Notes: a model not told the origin generated them from the letters alone. DNA of 47,719 nt from a bacterium (GCA_043811735.1 JBDRMW010000104.1:1-47719); one strand, 5' to 3'; numbered from the stretch's first letter, positions 1 to 8,254 are shown. Program-made: numbers and translations.

Positions 1-867
1 TATATAGAGCGTATGTTCACCCGCGGTATCAGGAGTCCAAGAGCTTAAAATTGTTGAGCTTTCATTTGAATTGACTGGTTTAAGGATACTTGCGATATTG
101 ATAAGTCTTCCATTATTTTGCGGATCACCGTCATACAACGAAATAACGGTTTCATATGTTTTAAATACTTCATAAAATCCAGCAAGTGTTTCTTGGCCAT
201 TATTGGTGGCATCAACATCATACCAGGAGTTTCCCTGATTAATACTCATGGCAATCATATCCGGATTGGTGTTTTCGCCTAACCACCATCGGTAACGATT
301 AATCACTGAACTGGTACTTCCCATACATAACCAGTATGTTTCGCCTTGAGTGATCTCAATCGGGATATCAAACGTAAAATCCTGCCAGACCGCATTAGAT
401 TCGGTGCAGGTTGTATGCGAAGTTCCTAACAAATTTGATGCACCATCTACTGGTTTAGGGTACAGACTGTTGGGATCATCATTTCTAATCTGCAGTATCG
501 CCTCGTCGGTAGTATCCCCCTGATTGCTGATTAAGAGGCTTACTTTTCCTAAATAAAATGTTTCTGCGGCAACAAAATACTGTCCAAGCCAGACACTTCC
601 ATGCACAGGGTAGCTGTCATTGGGCTCATGTTCGGTAAACTCTGAAACGGAAGTTGGATTAACCTGAGATCCGTAATCATTTCCATTGTTAGATACCTCG
701 ATCATAATCGTAATGCGCTGGTTTGTTTCCGGGTTTAAATCACTAAAAAGAATTTTAGATGAATCAAGCGTCAAATCAGGAAGTGCCGTGCATATTGATG
801 CGCATAGTATTGAGAAACATGCCGCAAAAAAAATGGTGCGATTATTTTTTATCGTTATAAATTTCAT
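1..867 (-). CDS. Secreted protein with a CARDB-like Ig domain (partial, runs off the window start)
   Basis: Open frame from ATG at 867 to position 1, translated by hand: MKFITIKNNRTIFFAACFSILCASICTA (signal peptide) LPDLTLDSSKILFSDLNPETNQRITIMIEVSNNG...LYDGDPQNNG...SWTPDTAGEHTLYI. These are CARDB-type motifs. Absent from the ORF track because no stop lies in the window. Confidence 0.75.
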   Translation of the reverse strand, partial: MKFITIKNNRTIFFAACFSILCASICTALPDLTLDSSKILFSDLNPETNQRITIMIEVSNNGNDYGSQVNPTSVSEFTEHEPNDSYPVHGSVWLGQYFVAAETFYLGKVSLLISNQGDTTDEAILQIRNDDPNSLYPKPVDGASNLLGTSHTTCTESNAVWQDFTFDIPIEITQGETYWLCMGSTSSVINRYRWWLGENTNPDMIAMSINQGNSWYDVDATNNGQETLAGFYEVFKTYETVISLYDGDPQNNGRLINIASILKPVNSNESSTILSSWTPDTAGEHTLYI

Positions 868-1065
868 AAACTTTCTCACTGTACAGTATATATATGTAAC
901 AATCTGGTTACCCATTATGCAAGTGTAACCCGGTTATGAAATTTTTCAAGGCTTTTTTGTAACAAAACTGTTATCTTAAAAATTGTGTGCAAGGGGGGTA
1001 TGGATGGTGCATTATATTTGCCCTTAAAAATTAGGTTGTTTTTATAAAAAAATCTATCAAATATC

Positions 1066-1093
1066 TTGACAAATTTTCTTTTGGGGTTAGACT
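1066..1093 (+). promoter_or_regulatory. Sigma70-type promoter upstream of the riboswitch
   Basis: TTGACA (1066-1071), 16-nt spacer, TAGACT (1088-1093), about 30 nt upstream of the aptamer. Confidence 0.6.
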
Positions 1094-1116
1094 TAAAGTA
1101 ACAGAATTGTTTCATG

Positions 1117-1277
1117 ATGCATAACCGATAATAGCAAACCATTCCGAAAGGGTGGGACGCAAAGCCACGGGGCTACACTTTATCAAAGCTCAATTTTAAA
1201 AAAAGAGAGCTTGATAAGGCAGTTTGCCGGGTTACCGAAGCATAGATTAATCTGGCATGTTAGCCGGGCTGCCGAAG
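1117..1277 (+). ncRNA. GEMM-I (c-di-GMP-I class) riboswitch aptamer, A20 variant (candidate 3',3'-cGAMP sensor)
   Basis: CCGATAATAGCAAACCATTCCGAAAGGGTGGGACGCAAAGCCACGGGGCTA...TAGCCGGGCTGCCGAA matches the GEMM-I consensus: GAAA-capped P2, GACGCAAAGCC junction and the 3' GCCGGG-N-TRCCGAA strand. Confidence 0.9.
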
Positions 1278-1336
1278 AAAAAATACTAATTCCTGACATA
1301 GGGATTACGGTTGTTTTTTTGGCAGCCTGATTTTTT
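1266..1336 (+). terminator. Riboswitch expression-platform intrinsic terminator
   Basis: GGCTGCCGAAGAAAAAA (1267-1283) pairs with TTGTTTTTTTGGCAGCC (1311-1327), enclosing the hairpin TAATTCCT/AGGGATTA, and is followed by TTTTTT (1331-1336). The stem overlaps the aptamer 3' strand. Confidence 0.7.
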
Positions 1337-1349
1337 ATTGGTAAAAAAT

Positions 1350-3005
1350 ATGAAAAAAAATATTATATTCATTCTCATACTTTTTCTTCTTGCCCTTCTT
1401 CCCTGTTCGGTTATATTTGCTGAGGGAGATATTGAACCGCCCCCCGACGGCGGGGGAGTTATTATTCCGCCTGATGGGGATGAACCTGTGCCGGGCACGC
1501 ATTATGTTTTTCTTACCATGCCTGAACCGGACAAACCGGATAAACCGGACATACCTGGAGGGTACTGGCCGTATTCTTATTACGGCTATCATATTGCCTT
1601 CATCACCCTTCAACCATCAACGATCGATTTAGCTGCCGTATCTATGAATTATCGGGAGTCTTACAAGGATCCGTGGGAAGTTGTTACGGTTTCAATAGCA
1701 GAATCCTTACAAGAACTTCAAAACCTGGATGTGGATGATGTGGTTATAATCATCAGGTATAATAATAGGTTTTACAAGGGAACGCCGGATATTTCTATTG
1801 TATATAGTGACGGTGCTGATAACGGGGTGCAGTATCAAGTAGGCGGATTTATTGATCCGCCGGAAATAAATGTAAGTTCCTGGGAAGGATTTATTACCGC
1901 TAATATAAGTGTTGAGGGAGATTATGCCCCTCAGGATATAAACATTGATACTATAAGAATTACCAGGATAAACGGGCAGGGAGTTGAGTATGTGTACTGT
2001 GAAACCGATCCTGCCTTGATAGAAATAACCCCTGAGTCTGCCCGGGTGCAGTTTAATCTCTGGGATTTGCGGGGTATTCTTCCGGCGGGACAAAATGTGA
2101 CGATCCGGATTGACGGCAATTTTGATAACGGAGTGCGGTTTTTTTGTGTAATGAGTATAAGCGTTATAAAACCCGGGGTTCAGGAATGGATCACTCCGGA
2201 TGAGGGCGGCATTATAGAGGTGCCCGGCAAAGTTCTGGTCAGTATTCCTGCCGGTGCGGTCACTGAAAATATTGAAGTTTCTGTTGATATCGGTATTGCT
2301 CATGCAGAACATGTCTGGAACAATACGTCTCAAGGAGCAATCGATTATGCTCACCGGAATCAAGCTGCAGATTTGCAAGGCTTAGTGATGGTTGGAGACG
2401 GTGTTCGCTGCGGGCCGGAAGGAATTGATTTTCTCGTGCCGGCTGGTATGTCATTGTATTATTTTGGTATTGATGTCAATGAATCGCAGGAACAAAATCT
2501 TAAGATTTATTATTGGAATGCGGCTGATCTTACCTGGGAAGAGCGTGCAGGGAGCAAAGCGGTTCCTGATGAACGAAGGGTCACTGCATTTATAGATCAT
2601 TTTTCGATATATCAGATAATGTATGAATCATCATCTAACATTGATGAAGCGGTTGATGATGATGAGGATTCAATTGAATTTCCTTTATCCGAAGCCGATG
2701 CAGTATTTAAAAAAGGAGAGATCTACAGCTTTCCAAACCCGGCCAAAAATGGTGCATTCCCGACTATTCATATTGAGTCAGGTATCGCTGATAAAATAAG
2801 CATTCATATATATGACATCGGGGGCGCACTTGTTCATTCAGCAGATATCAACGATCAACCCATAATTATTGACGGAAAATATGCGTATGAATACAGATGG
2901 GACACGTCGGGTGTTGCTTCAGGTATATATATTTACAGTGTGCGGGTAATAAAAGATGGATATTCAGATATATTGGGCATACAAAAATTAGCGGTGATTA
3001 AATAA
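1350..3005 (+). CDS. Secreted protein with a ZU5-like domain and a C-terminal FlgD-Ig/T9SS-type-A CTD-like domain
   Basis: Signal peptide MKKNIIFILILFLLALLPCSVIFA. ITPDEGGII..VSIPAGAV..HFSIY is ZU5-like. The C-terminus SFPNPAK..IHIYDIGGALV..RWDTSGVASGIYIYSV..KLAVIK resembles a sorting domain. Confidence 0.75.
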   Translation: MKKNIIFILILFLLALLPCSVIFAEGDIEPPPDGGGVIIPPDGDEPVPGTHYVFLTMPEPDKPDKPDIPGGYWPYSYYGYHIAFITLQPSTIDLAAVSMNYRESYKDPWEVVTVSIAESLQELQNLDVDDVVIIIRYNNRFYKGTPDISIVYSDGADNGVQYQVGGFIDPPEINVSSWEGFITANISVEGDYAPQDINIDTIRITRINGQGVEYVYCETDPALIEITPESARVQFNLWDLRGILPAGQNVTIRIDGNFDNGVRFFCVMSISVIKPGVQEWITPDEGGIIEVPGKVLVSIPAGAVTENIEVSVDIGIAHAEHVWNNTSQGAIDYAHRNQAADLQGLVMVGDGVRCGPEGIDFLVPAGMSLYYFGIDVNESQEQNLKIYYWNAADLTWEERAGSKAVPDERRVTAFIDHFSIYQIMYESSSNIDEAVDDDEDSIEFPLSEADAVFKKGEIYSFPNPAKNGAFPTIHIESGIADKISIHIYDIGGALVHSADINDQPIIIDGKYAYEYRWDTSGVASGIYIYSVRVIKDGYSDILGIQKLAVIK

Positions 3006-3943
3006 TGCGTACATATATGATTAAAAAATATATTTTATTTCTAATCTTTATACTGTCATATGCATCAATGCACATGCATGCTCAGCAGCCGGGTGCATCT
3101 TTTTTAAAAATCGCACCTGGATCCCGGGCTGCCGGCATGGGCGGAGCATATACTTCGCTTGCATTTGATGCGAGTGCGGTATGGTGGAATCCGGGAGGCT
3201 TAGCGCAATTAAAAACCAATGAATTAACCGGTACTCATGCTGAATGGCTGGCTGATACGAATTATGATTTTTTATCATTTGCCCGCCCCTCTTCTCGGGG
3301 AACTCTGGCAGGCGGTATATCGATGTTAAGCATGGGTTCCATTGAATCCCGAGATGAGAACAGGAACAAAACCTCTGATTTTACGGCACAAGATACTGCC
3401 ATAAGTTTAGCTTATGGGTGTACTATTGCTCAAAAGTTTTCTCAAGGGATACATGTGAAATACATTCAGCAATCAATCGGGGATGTGCATGCCAAAGGAT
3501 ATGCGGTTGATTATGGCGGCATACTTCCATTGCCGGTGAGCGGATTCAGGCTGGGGTATGGCGTATATAATCTCGGTCCTAAAATGAAGTTTATCAGTGA
3601 ATCATATCATCTGCCATTACGGTATTCACTGGGGGTAAGTTTTCAGCAGGGGGCATTAACAGTTGGGCTTGATACCCATTATGAATATTATGAATCTAAA
3701 ACAAATGTTTCATTCGGCAGTGAATATGCGCTGTTTACGGTGATGTCTCTTCGGTGCGGTTATTTATACAATACGCTTCAATCATTATCCAATAATGCCG
3801 TGAGCAGTAATGAACACATAAATTCCGCAGGTATCCGCGGCGGGTTCGGTATAGCGGTTTTTGGGTATCAAATGGATTATGCGTTGGTTCCGTATGGCGA
3901 ATTAGGTTCCACCCACCGTATTTCCTTCGCGTCTAAGTTCTAA
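3005..3943 (+). CDS. PorV/PorQ-family outer-membrane beta-barrel
   Basis: GASFLKIAPGSRAAGMGGAY...AVWWNPGGLA...DYALVPYGELGSTHRISF and a terminal Phe. The start overlaps the upstream stop codon (TAATG). Confidence 0.85.
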   Translation: MRTYMIKKYILFLIFILSYASMHMHAQQPGASFLKIAPGSRAAGMGGAYTSLAFDASAVWWNPGGLAQLKTNELTGTHAEWLADTNYDFLSFARPSSRGTLAGGISMLSMGSIESRDENRNKTSDFTAQDTAISLAYGCTIAQKFSQGIHVKYIQQSIGDVHAKGYAVDYGGILPLPVSGFRLGYGVYNLGPKMKFISESYHLPLRYSLGVSFQQGALTVGLDTHYEYYESKTNVSFGSEYALFTVMSLRCGYLYNTLQSLSNNAVSSNEHINSAGIRGGFGIAVFGYQMDYALVPYGELGSTHRISFASKF

Positions 3944-3952
3944 TAAATCTTT

Positions 3953-3987
3953 TGTAATGTGTAATCTGTAATGTGTAATCTGTAATT
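3953..3987. repeat. Five-copy heptamer repeat TGTAAT(G/C/T)
   Basis: TGTAATG TGTAATC TGTAATG TGTAATC TGTAATT read directly. Confidence 0.9.
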
Positions 3988-4011
3988 ATAATTCGACAAA
4001 GTCGAATTATA
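3987..4011. terminator. Perfect 11-bp hairpin between convergent genes, possible bidirectional terminator
   Basis: TATAATTCGAC-AAA-GTCGAATTATA. Confidence 0.45.
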
Positions 4012-4016
4012 TCTAA

Positions 4017-4532
4017 TTATGTCTGCATCCAGCGTTCTTCTTTTTGGAACCAGTCGCCGGGATTGTCCAGGAAATCTTTTGATTCCTGAAGAATTTTGTA
4101 GTGGCTGTTTTCCTGATCGCATAAGAATTGTAGAAACTTCTTGGCATCTGCACTTTCTACCTTATCAATATGCGATTTGTACAGATTATATGATTTTTCT
4201 TCGATTTTAAGTCCCACCTCGTACGCATCAGTCCGCTGATCAGTTCCCCGCGCTTTTTTAGAAATAAGTTTTTCTGATACAGTGTTGAATATTTTATAAA
4301 TTTCATCTTTAGCATCTATGTGGCTGTGTGTAAGTTCATTGGTATTAATAAGATGTTCTTTCTCAAGATATGAGGTAAATATCTTCACATGGGTCTGTTC
4401 TTCCCCCGCAAGAAACTCAAACGTTGCTTTGACCAGGGGATTCGATGCTTTTTGAGCTGTTTCATGGTAAAACCGTGCTCCTTCTTTTTCTGTTTCTAAT
4501 GCCATCCCGATAACATCTTTCAACGTTTTCAT
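4017..4532 (-). CDS. Rubrerythrin/ferritin-like di-iron protein
   Basis: Two E..G..FY / ExxH helix pairs: ETEKEGARFY..EEQTH and IEEKSYNLY..QENSH. Confidence 0.85.
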   Translation of the reverse strand: MKTLKDVIGMALETEKEGARFYHETAQKASNPLVKATFEFLAGEEQTHVKIFTSYLEKEHLINTNELTHSHIDAKDEIYKIFNTVSEKLISKKARGTDQRTDAYEVGLKIEEKSYNLYKSHIDKVESADAKKFLQFLCDQENSHYKILQESKDFLDNPGDWFQKEERWMQT

Positions 4533-4626
4533 GATAATCTCCTAATATTTAGTACTTTCAGCAAGTATATTACTGTACTAAACAAGGGCTTCCCAAATCA
4601 AGCAATAATAATCAAGAATAATAATC

Positions 4627-4655
4627 TTTACAAGTGGAAGTTACTTTGGTAAAAT
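4627..4655 (+). promoter_or_regulatory. Probable promoter of tRNA-Gly(TCC)
   Basis: TTTACA, 17-nt spacer, TAAAAT, with an extended -10 TG. Confidence 0.5.
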
Positions 4656-4713
4656 CGAAAAATAAATCAGAATGCCCGACAAAAATGTAGCAAGGCAAAA
4701 GTTTAATGAATAT

Positions 4714-4787
4714 GCGGGTGTAACTCAATGGTAGAGTGCCAGCCTTCCAAGCTGGTTACGTGGGTTCGATTCCCATCACCCGCTCCA
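4714..4787 (+). tRNA. tRNA-Gly (anticodon TCC), CCA encoded
   Basis: Acceptor stem GCGGGTG/CACCCGC, anticodon arm CCAGC-CTTCCAA-GCTGG, T-loop GGTTCGATTCC, 3' TCCA. Confidence 0.97.
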
Positions 4788-6228
4788 TTCCTAATGTGCC
4801 GAACTTAAAAGTCGGTGTGGGCGGGATATAACAAAGCGAACGGCTTGGCGTTTTTGCTTCAGTGGAAAAATTTTTCGCGGCGGGCGCGATAGCGCCCGAT
4901 CCTACCCCCTCAGGAAGTCTACCATCGTCGGAAAATCTATTATAAAACCACTCAACTGAAATCTTCTTTTTGGAATAGGTAATCTTCTTGATAAACGCTC
5001 GAACGGCAAGTGATTGGTCAAAACCTTTCCTGCGCGCATACTCCTTTGTAAATGTCGTTAGGCTTTTTTGGAGTTTTTCGGCCGTTAATCCTGGAAAATT
5101 GCCCTCTAGTTCGTTTCCCACCACTTGGGGCACATTTTGGGAGTGTTTTGCCGCAAATATTAGGTTTTTGATGTAGTCCGAATCAACAGCAATCCTCTTT
5201 AAATTTTTATAAACCGTATCCTGAAACCTGTCTGCATTCACTTCTTTGATTCCACAGCTATCCCAGCCCGAGTGACAGCTTTTTGTACACCGGTAATAAT
5301 AATATTTTTGTATTTTACCCTTATAATGTTTATTCGTATGACTTGGGGACATAATCGAATTGCACTCAGAACATTCGATCAAGCCTGCATATGGTAATGA
5401 TTTATGTAAATGAGACCTCTGTTTTGGGGCTTGATGAATGGTCTGCGCATAGTTAAATATGTCTTCGGACAATATGGGATCATGTACTGCCGGGATTAGT
5501 TCTCCGCGGTGTTTCCGCTTGCCGATATAGATTGGGTTACGTAAAACATGGAAGGTAAACGAATTGCCCCGAATCCTTCCTCTTTTGGAATAAATGTTAT
5601 TATCTCTGAGCATTTTAGTAGTTAGTTTTAAAGACCGTGTTTTAATGTATGTATCATATATGGATTTAACTATTTCGGCATTAGGTTTATCAATAACATA
5701 CCGTCCTTTTTCCCATTTATAGCCGAATGGGGCATATCCTCCGTTGGGGAGACCTTTCAAAACTCGCTGATGAAATTTGTCCTTAATCCTTTCGGAAGTA
5801 AGTTCACGCTCGAATTGACCAAAGGTTAACATGATATTCCGCAGGAGCCTTCCCGAAGGAGTTGAGGTATCAAATCGCTCTGTAACGGATATAAACGAAG
5901 TCCCGTGTTTATCGAAAACATCTATCAAGTGATAAAAATCTTTCGGGGATCGGGTGAGCCGGTCAATTTTGTAGGTAAGCACGACATCTATATATCCGGC
6001 TTCAATGTCATGGATCATTTGGTTTAGAGCAGGACGGTTTAAGTTAGCACCGGTATATCCGGGATCATTGTAAACTTTATAAAGCTTGTACCCTTCCTGA
6101 CTCTCAATAAAGCATTTGATCTTTTCTGTTTGTGCTTCACAAGAATTAAAATCCTTTTCTGCTTGCATATCTGTTGACACGCGAGTATAAATTGCACATG
6201 GTGTTGATTTTATTCTTGATTCTTGCAT
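4756..6228 (-). CDS. Large serine recombinase (resolvase + recombinase + Zn-ribbon domains); C-terminus overlaps tRNA-Gly antisense
   Basis: CAIYTRVST catalytic Ser motif, YKIDRLTRS, FGQFERELTSERI, GGYAPFGY, CSEC...YYYYRC. GAGGTG RBS precedes ATG 6228. Confidence 0.93.
   Translation of the reverse strand: MQESRIKSTPCAIYTRVSTDMQAEKDFNSCEAQTEKIKCFIESQEGYKLYKVYNDPGYTGANLNRPALNQMIHDIEAGYIDVVLTYKIDRLTRSPKDFYHLIDVFDKHGTSFISVTERFDTSTPSGRLLRNIMLTFGQFERELTSERIKDKFHQRVLKGLPNGGYAPFGYKWEKGRYVIDKPNAEIVKSIYDTYIKTRSLKLTTKMLRDNNIYSKRGRIRGNSFTFHVLRNPIYIGKRKHRGELIPAVHDPILSEDIFNYAQTIHQAPKQRSHLHKSLPYAGLIECSECNSIMSPSHTNKHYKGKIQKYYYYRCTKSCHSGWDSCGIKEVNADRFQDTVYKNLKRIAVDSDYIKNLIFAAKHSQNVPQVVGNELEGNFPGLTAEKLQKSLTTFTKEYARRKGFDQSLAVRAFIKKITYSKKKISVEWFYNRFSDDGRLPEGVGSGAIAPAAKNFSTEAKTPSRSLCYIPPTPTFKFGTLGMERVMGIEPT
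4804..5039. repeat. Left arm of a 236-bp inverted repeat (partner 6564-6799)
   Basis: The reverse complement aligns without gaps to 6564-6799; 10 mismatches counted by hand (about 96% identity). Confidence 0.95.
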
Positions 6229-6311
6229 AAAGCACCTCACAAAATGTAATATATTTTTAAAGAAATAGCAGCATATTTTTATAATCTACTCAATATCGAA
6301 TAGTTTTTATT

Positions 6312-6521
6312 ATGATTGGTGATAAGATTAAATACTGGAGAAAAAAACGAGGGCTAACTCAGGAAGAACTGGCTAAGAAAGCTGGATTATATTATACAAT
6401 GGTGTGTAAGATTGAACAGAATTTTTCAAAAGATCCCACAATACATACAGTAAATAAAATAGCAGATGCGCTTAATATAAGTTTGGATGATCTTGTTGAA
6501 CGAAAGAGACGTTTAAAATAA
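6312..6521 (+). CDS. XRE-family HTH transcriptional regulator, divergent from the recombinase
   Basis: IKYWRKKRGLTQEELAKKAGL..VCKIEQ..DPTIHTVNKIADALNISLDDL. Confidence 0.9.
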   Translation: MIGDKIKYWRKKRGLTQEELAKKAGLYYTMVCKIEQNFSKDPTIHTVNKIADALNISLDDLVERKRRLK

Positions 6522-6563
6522 TTGTTTTCCTTTCCCGCTAAATCCTCGTTTGTATATAAAGAA

Positions 6564-6880
6564 ATGCGCGCAGGAAAGGTTTTGACCAATCACTTGCCGT
6601 TCGAGCGTTTATCAAGAAGATTATCTATTCCAAAAAGAAGATTTCAGTTGAGTGGTTTTATAATAGATTTTCCGACGATGGTAGGCTTCCTGAGGGGGTA
6701 GGATCGGGCGCTATCGCGCCCGCCGCGAAAAATATTTCCACTGAAGCAAAAACGCCGAGACGTTCGCCTGACTTTATCCCGCCCACACCGACTTTTAAGG
6801 CCGAAGCATTCAATTTGGAGCAGGACTTTGAATTATCTCAAACCATCCCTCTGAGTTTTCCTATTTTAGAGACTGATTGA
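6564..6880 (+). repeat. Right inverted-repeat arm (6564-6799) continuing in frame into an alternative recombinase C-terminus
   Basis: The frame reads ARRKGFDQSLAVRAFIKKIIYSKKKISVEWFYNRF...PTPTFK-AEAFNLEQDFELSQTIPLSFPILETD*, with the stop at 6878-6880 and no start codon of its own. Confidence 0.85.
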
Positions 6881-7126
6881 ATAAAACAATTATCCCGCTG
6901 ACAATTACTTCAGATACGGTTTCAAGTGTTCAATCTTGGTATTGCTTAAGTGTATACTACTAAAGAATGATAAGTATTTGCAATATTACTTTTGTTTAAA
7001 TTATATTTGATATTGATAAATATTGAAACTGAAATAACATTTGAAACTTTAATAGGTTTTTTAAGTAATTAAAAGAATAATGAATTTTTGATGAAAATAT
7101 GAATAAATGAAATGCATGATGATTAA

Positions 7127-7710
7127 AGCAGAGAAGCTAATCGAACTCGAGTAACATGCAAAGGGTTAGATGCATATATACCGGATAAAGGATTCAGGAA
7201 ACGAGATCCAAGATTTGAAACTGCAAAAAGACATAGAACTTCAACAGATGGCAAGAGAACAGAAAAAAAGAACAAATGGTATACAATAGAAGATTTTACG
7301 TATGATGAAGAAACGAAGAAAATGGTTTGTCCCGCAGGAAAACAGATGTATATACGGAATAGGAATTGGGAATACAAAGGGAGGAAAGCAATCGCGTATA
7401 TGGCGCGAAGGAAAGATTGCCGGATATGCCCCTTGCGGATAAAATGTCTGAGAAAAAAGCAAACGGTAGCACGTCAGATACATGTATTTTATAAATATGA
7501 GGGAGCAGAGAATAACGTATTACAAAAGATGAAAGAAAAGATTGACACGGTAGTAGGCAGACACATATATAGTTTAAGAATGAAGATAGTAGAACCGGTA
7601 TTTGGCAACATTAGGAATATCATATGGTGTATCCATTTGACCAGACTCCGCCTATAGCACCGATGAATAATCTTTAATCTGTACGTAACCGCATGTAATC
7701 TGCACAAATC
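7127..7710 (+). pseudogene. IS1182-family (DDE) transposase C-terminal fragment
   Basis: LDAYIPDKGFRKRDPRF..EDFTYDEE..VCPAGK..CRICPLRIKC..YSLRMKIVEPVFGNI. The 5' end is missing and the 3' end is disrupted. Confidence 0.8.
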
Positions 7711-7715
7711 ATTAA

Positions 7716-8201
7716 TTATCCTGGAGGAGCTCTTTTTTGTTTAGGTACTACTTCTTTAAACAACAGCTTACCGCCGCAGGATCTGCAGTAAAGCTCTTTT
7801 GGATCAGATTGTTTTGGTTCGGTGTTGTCTTGACACGCAATCGTGCATCCCAGAATCTGTTGAATATGTTTAAAAACCTTTCTTTGATTCTGTGCGAGGA
7901 ACCCATAATAACGTATTTTCACCAATCCTTTCGGAAGCACATGTGTTAAGAATCTGTGCATGAATGCGATTGCGTCCAGGGTGGTGTATTGCCAGATGTT
8001 TGAACCATTTTGTTTGTATTTATACGTTACCATCCTTCCCTTAAAATTTACAATACGGTTATTAGATAGAGCAATACGGCGTATGTAAGGTGAAATATAT
8101 TTAATCACTGCATGCCCAGAGCCTGCAGGCTGTATATGAACAACCCAGTCTTGCTTCCAGACTTCTTTAGGAATAGTATCACATAAATCCGATTTTTTAA
8201 G
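7716..8201 (-). pseudogene. IS91-family (Y2) transposase C-terminal fragment
   Basis: WKQDWVVHIQPAGSG..KYISPYIRRIALSNNRI..FMHRFLTHVLPKGLVKIRYYGFL..CRSCGG..RAPP. Truncated at the repeat beginning at 8199. Confidence 0.82.
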
Positions 8202-8254
8202 GAATTGGTAGGGATATAGGGTTTGTCAAGTTTGTTAACAACGCCCCGTTACCC
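8199..8254 (+). repeat. Isolated right end of the RAYT-like element (direct repeat of 9585-9640)
   Basis: 56-bp match to 9585-9640 with 3 mismatches. Confidence 0.9.

Noticed and set aside
1527-1556. 9-bp repeat CCGGA(C/T)A(A/T)A x3 in the secreted protein gene
   Set aside because: It encodes an ordinary PDK-PDK-PDI linker, is in frame and is too short to imply a mechanism.
1707-2378. 223-aa antisense ORF, and similar shadow ORFs such as 32365-32964, 34255-34722 and 18298-18708
   Set aside because: They lie opposite well-supported genes and carry no recognisable motifs.
3940-4122. 60-aa ORF ending in RLHITDYTLQ
   Set aside because: It overlaps the rubrerythrin gene, and its tail is simply the translated heptamer repeat.
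6915-7050. GTTTCAA / ATTGAAAC / TTTGAAAC motifs resembling CRISPR repeat ends
   Set aside because: No repeated 25-40 nt unit with regular spacers and no cas genes; consistent with AT-rich chance matches.
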